Below are positions 62,374 through 64,000 of a stretch of 64,000 bases of DNA, piece after piece. Source of the stretch: Chiloscyllium plagiosum (lineage: Eukaryota); the NCBI RefSeq assembly GCF_004010195.1, contig NC_057719.1, positions 43,864,847-43,928,846 on the forward strand, read 5' to 3'. The position numbers and the translations under genes were made by a program. Below the pieces are notes generated by a model, which was not told where the DNA came from, did no database searches, and worked only from the letters and a program-made list of their open reading frames with translations. Each line of letters begins with the position of its first letter. Positions within the stretch are counted from its first letter, which is position 1.

Positions 62374-62572
62374 TGGATGAAGGTTTGCTCGCTGAGCTGG
62401 AAGGTTCGTTTTCAGAAATAGAAAGCAGGCTACACCACCAGTGTTTCATTCAGAGACTCACTGAAGATGTTACTGAGTATGGTGACGAAATGTCTGAAAA
62501 ATGAACCTTTCAGCTCAGTGAACAATCCTACATCCAGAAGCTCAACCTGAGCTACAAATCTTCTCAAAGCTC
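62374..62572 (+). mobile_element. Penelope-like family B short element nested in an older LINE fragment
   Basis: TSD atttccaagtca/atttgcaagtca (62362-62373, 62573-62584); ~43-nt inverted repeat; homologous to the 55.6-56.0 kb element. Confidence 0.82.
62458..62497 (+). ncRNA. Putative minimal hammerhead ribozyme (family B)
   Basis: UCA-CUGAAGA-U-GUUACU(GAGUAU)GGUGAC-GAAA-UG-UC/UGA. Confidence 0.6.
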
Positions 62573-63789
62573 ATTTGCAAGTCAGGGTGGCGAGTGGCTT
62601 GGAGAGGAATTTGCAGGTGGTAGTGGTGCTCCAATGCATCTGCTCTTCTAAACGGAAGTGAATGTAGGCTTGGAAAGTGCGAAGAATTAAGATGAATTTC
62701 TGAAGTACATCTTGCAAATAGTACACACTGCTGTGACTGAGTAATGGTGGAGGAAGGAGCAGATGTTCGTGGATGTGGTGCCTATCAAGTGGGCTGCTTT
62801 GTCCTGGACGGGGTCAACCTTCATGAGAGATGTTGGAGCTGTACCCATTTAAGTAAGTGGGAGTTTTTCATCACACTCCTATCTTGTGCCTTGTAGATGA
62901 TGAACAGGTTTTGGGAGTCAGGTGGTATGTTGCTCTCCGGAGTATTCCTAGCCTCTGACCTGTTCTTGTCGCCGTGTTTTTGTGGCAAGTCCAGTTGAGT
63001 TTTCAGTCAATGGTAACTCCAAGAATGTGGATTAGGGGGTGTTCAATGATGGTAACACCACTAAATGTCAAAGGGCAATGATTAGATTGACTCTGATTGG
63101 ACATAGTCATTGCCTGGCATTTATGTGGCATGCATGTTACTTGCCACTTCTTAGCCCTATTGTGGGGATGGAGAGAAAGCTGAAGTATTCATTCTCACAT
63201 CAATTGTTTCTTAGCACCAAGTCATGCAATACCAACTACAGTCTACCTCAAAAAAAAACTTTTGAAAGCTAGATGAGGGGCTAAAACACTGTTGAATAAC
63301 AAAATGTAGGGCAAAATAAAACCAAATGAGTGCTAGGTTTGTCGAGTGATTTTAGGGGAAAGGTTAACACAAAAGATGCACTACTTGGAAAATGACTCAA
63401 CTATTGCACACTTAAGGGAATGCTTAGGCTAAGGTAGAAAGAAGAATACAAAGTAGAAGTTCGGGTGTCACTGTAAGAGTGTAGGAACAAAACAGATTTT
63501 CAAATATATTGACAATCTTCAGAAGATGTATTTTCTTTTATAGAATACAAAATACACCTGGTAATTCCCAGAGAAATGAGGTGATTCATTTTGGTACACA
63601 GTATACGAAGACAATAAGGAGAAAGCAGTGGCATAATATTAACATCACTGGACTAGAAATGCAGACTCCTCCTACAGCAATGTAATTGAGCCTTAACAAT
63701 GCGGGATGGGCAATGCTGGCCTAGCGAGAGAGAACGCCACATATCCCAATGAATTAAGAGAACATATAAAAGCTACAACCCTAAAGGGA

Positions 63790-64000
63790 CCTGGCTATAC
63801 ATGTAGACAAATCAATAAGAAGTGGTACGATGTGTTGAAGTAGTTAATAAAGCATGCAGTATCCTGGGCTTTAACAACATGATAGAGTACAAGAGCAAGG
63901 AAGTTACGTTGACCTTGTAACTTGTAGTAGGCTCAACCTCAACCTTGTTCAACCTCAGCTGCAGCATTGCACCCAATTCTAGATCTTACACTTTAGAAAG
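63790..64000 (+). mobile_element. Old CR1 RT fragment
   Basis: gggacctgg...atcctgggcttta...atagagtacaagagcaaggaagtta...caattct...cactttagaaag. Confidence 0.65.

Overview
Eukaryotic vertebrate genomic DNA. The repeats (HE1/V-SINE-type SINEs, CR1 LINEs with an esterase ORF1) point to a cartilaginous fish, probably a shark; this is inference. The window holds 12 consecutive coding exons of atlastin-1 (ATL1, + strand, 17932-45535, equivalent to human exons 3-14, including the 15-nt GSTNE microexon) and the last two coding exons of salvador homolog 1 (SAV1, - strand, 59328-61903), tail-to-tail as in mammals. ATL1 exons 1-2 and the upstream SAV1 exons were not found and probably lie outside the window. 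Introns and the intergenic region are rich in transposons: many CR1 fragments (one near full length), tRNA-derived SINEs, a complete but dead Tigger/pogo transposon, an RTE-clade LINE and a GalEa-like Ty1/copia remnant with a tRNA-iMet primer-binding site. The most notable signal is several distinct families of Penelope-like element (PLE) derivatives. These are short, often fold-back insertions with 11-14 bp target-site duplications that carry minimal hammerhead-ribozyme motifs (CUGANGA-helix II-GAAA-palindromic ACGU/AGCU); some are physically linked to GIY-YIG endonuclease remnants. Two N-gaps fall inside CR1 copies. Repeat boundaries are approximate unless a TSD is quoted, and family names come from my recognition of the sequence, not from database searches.
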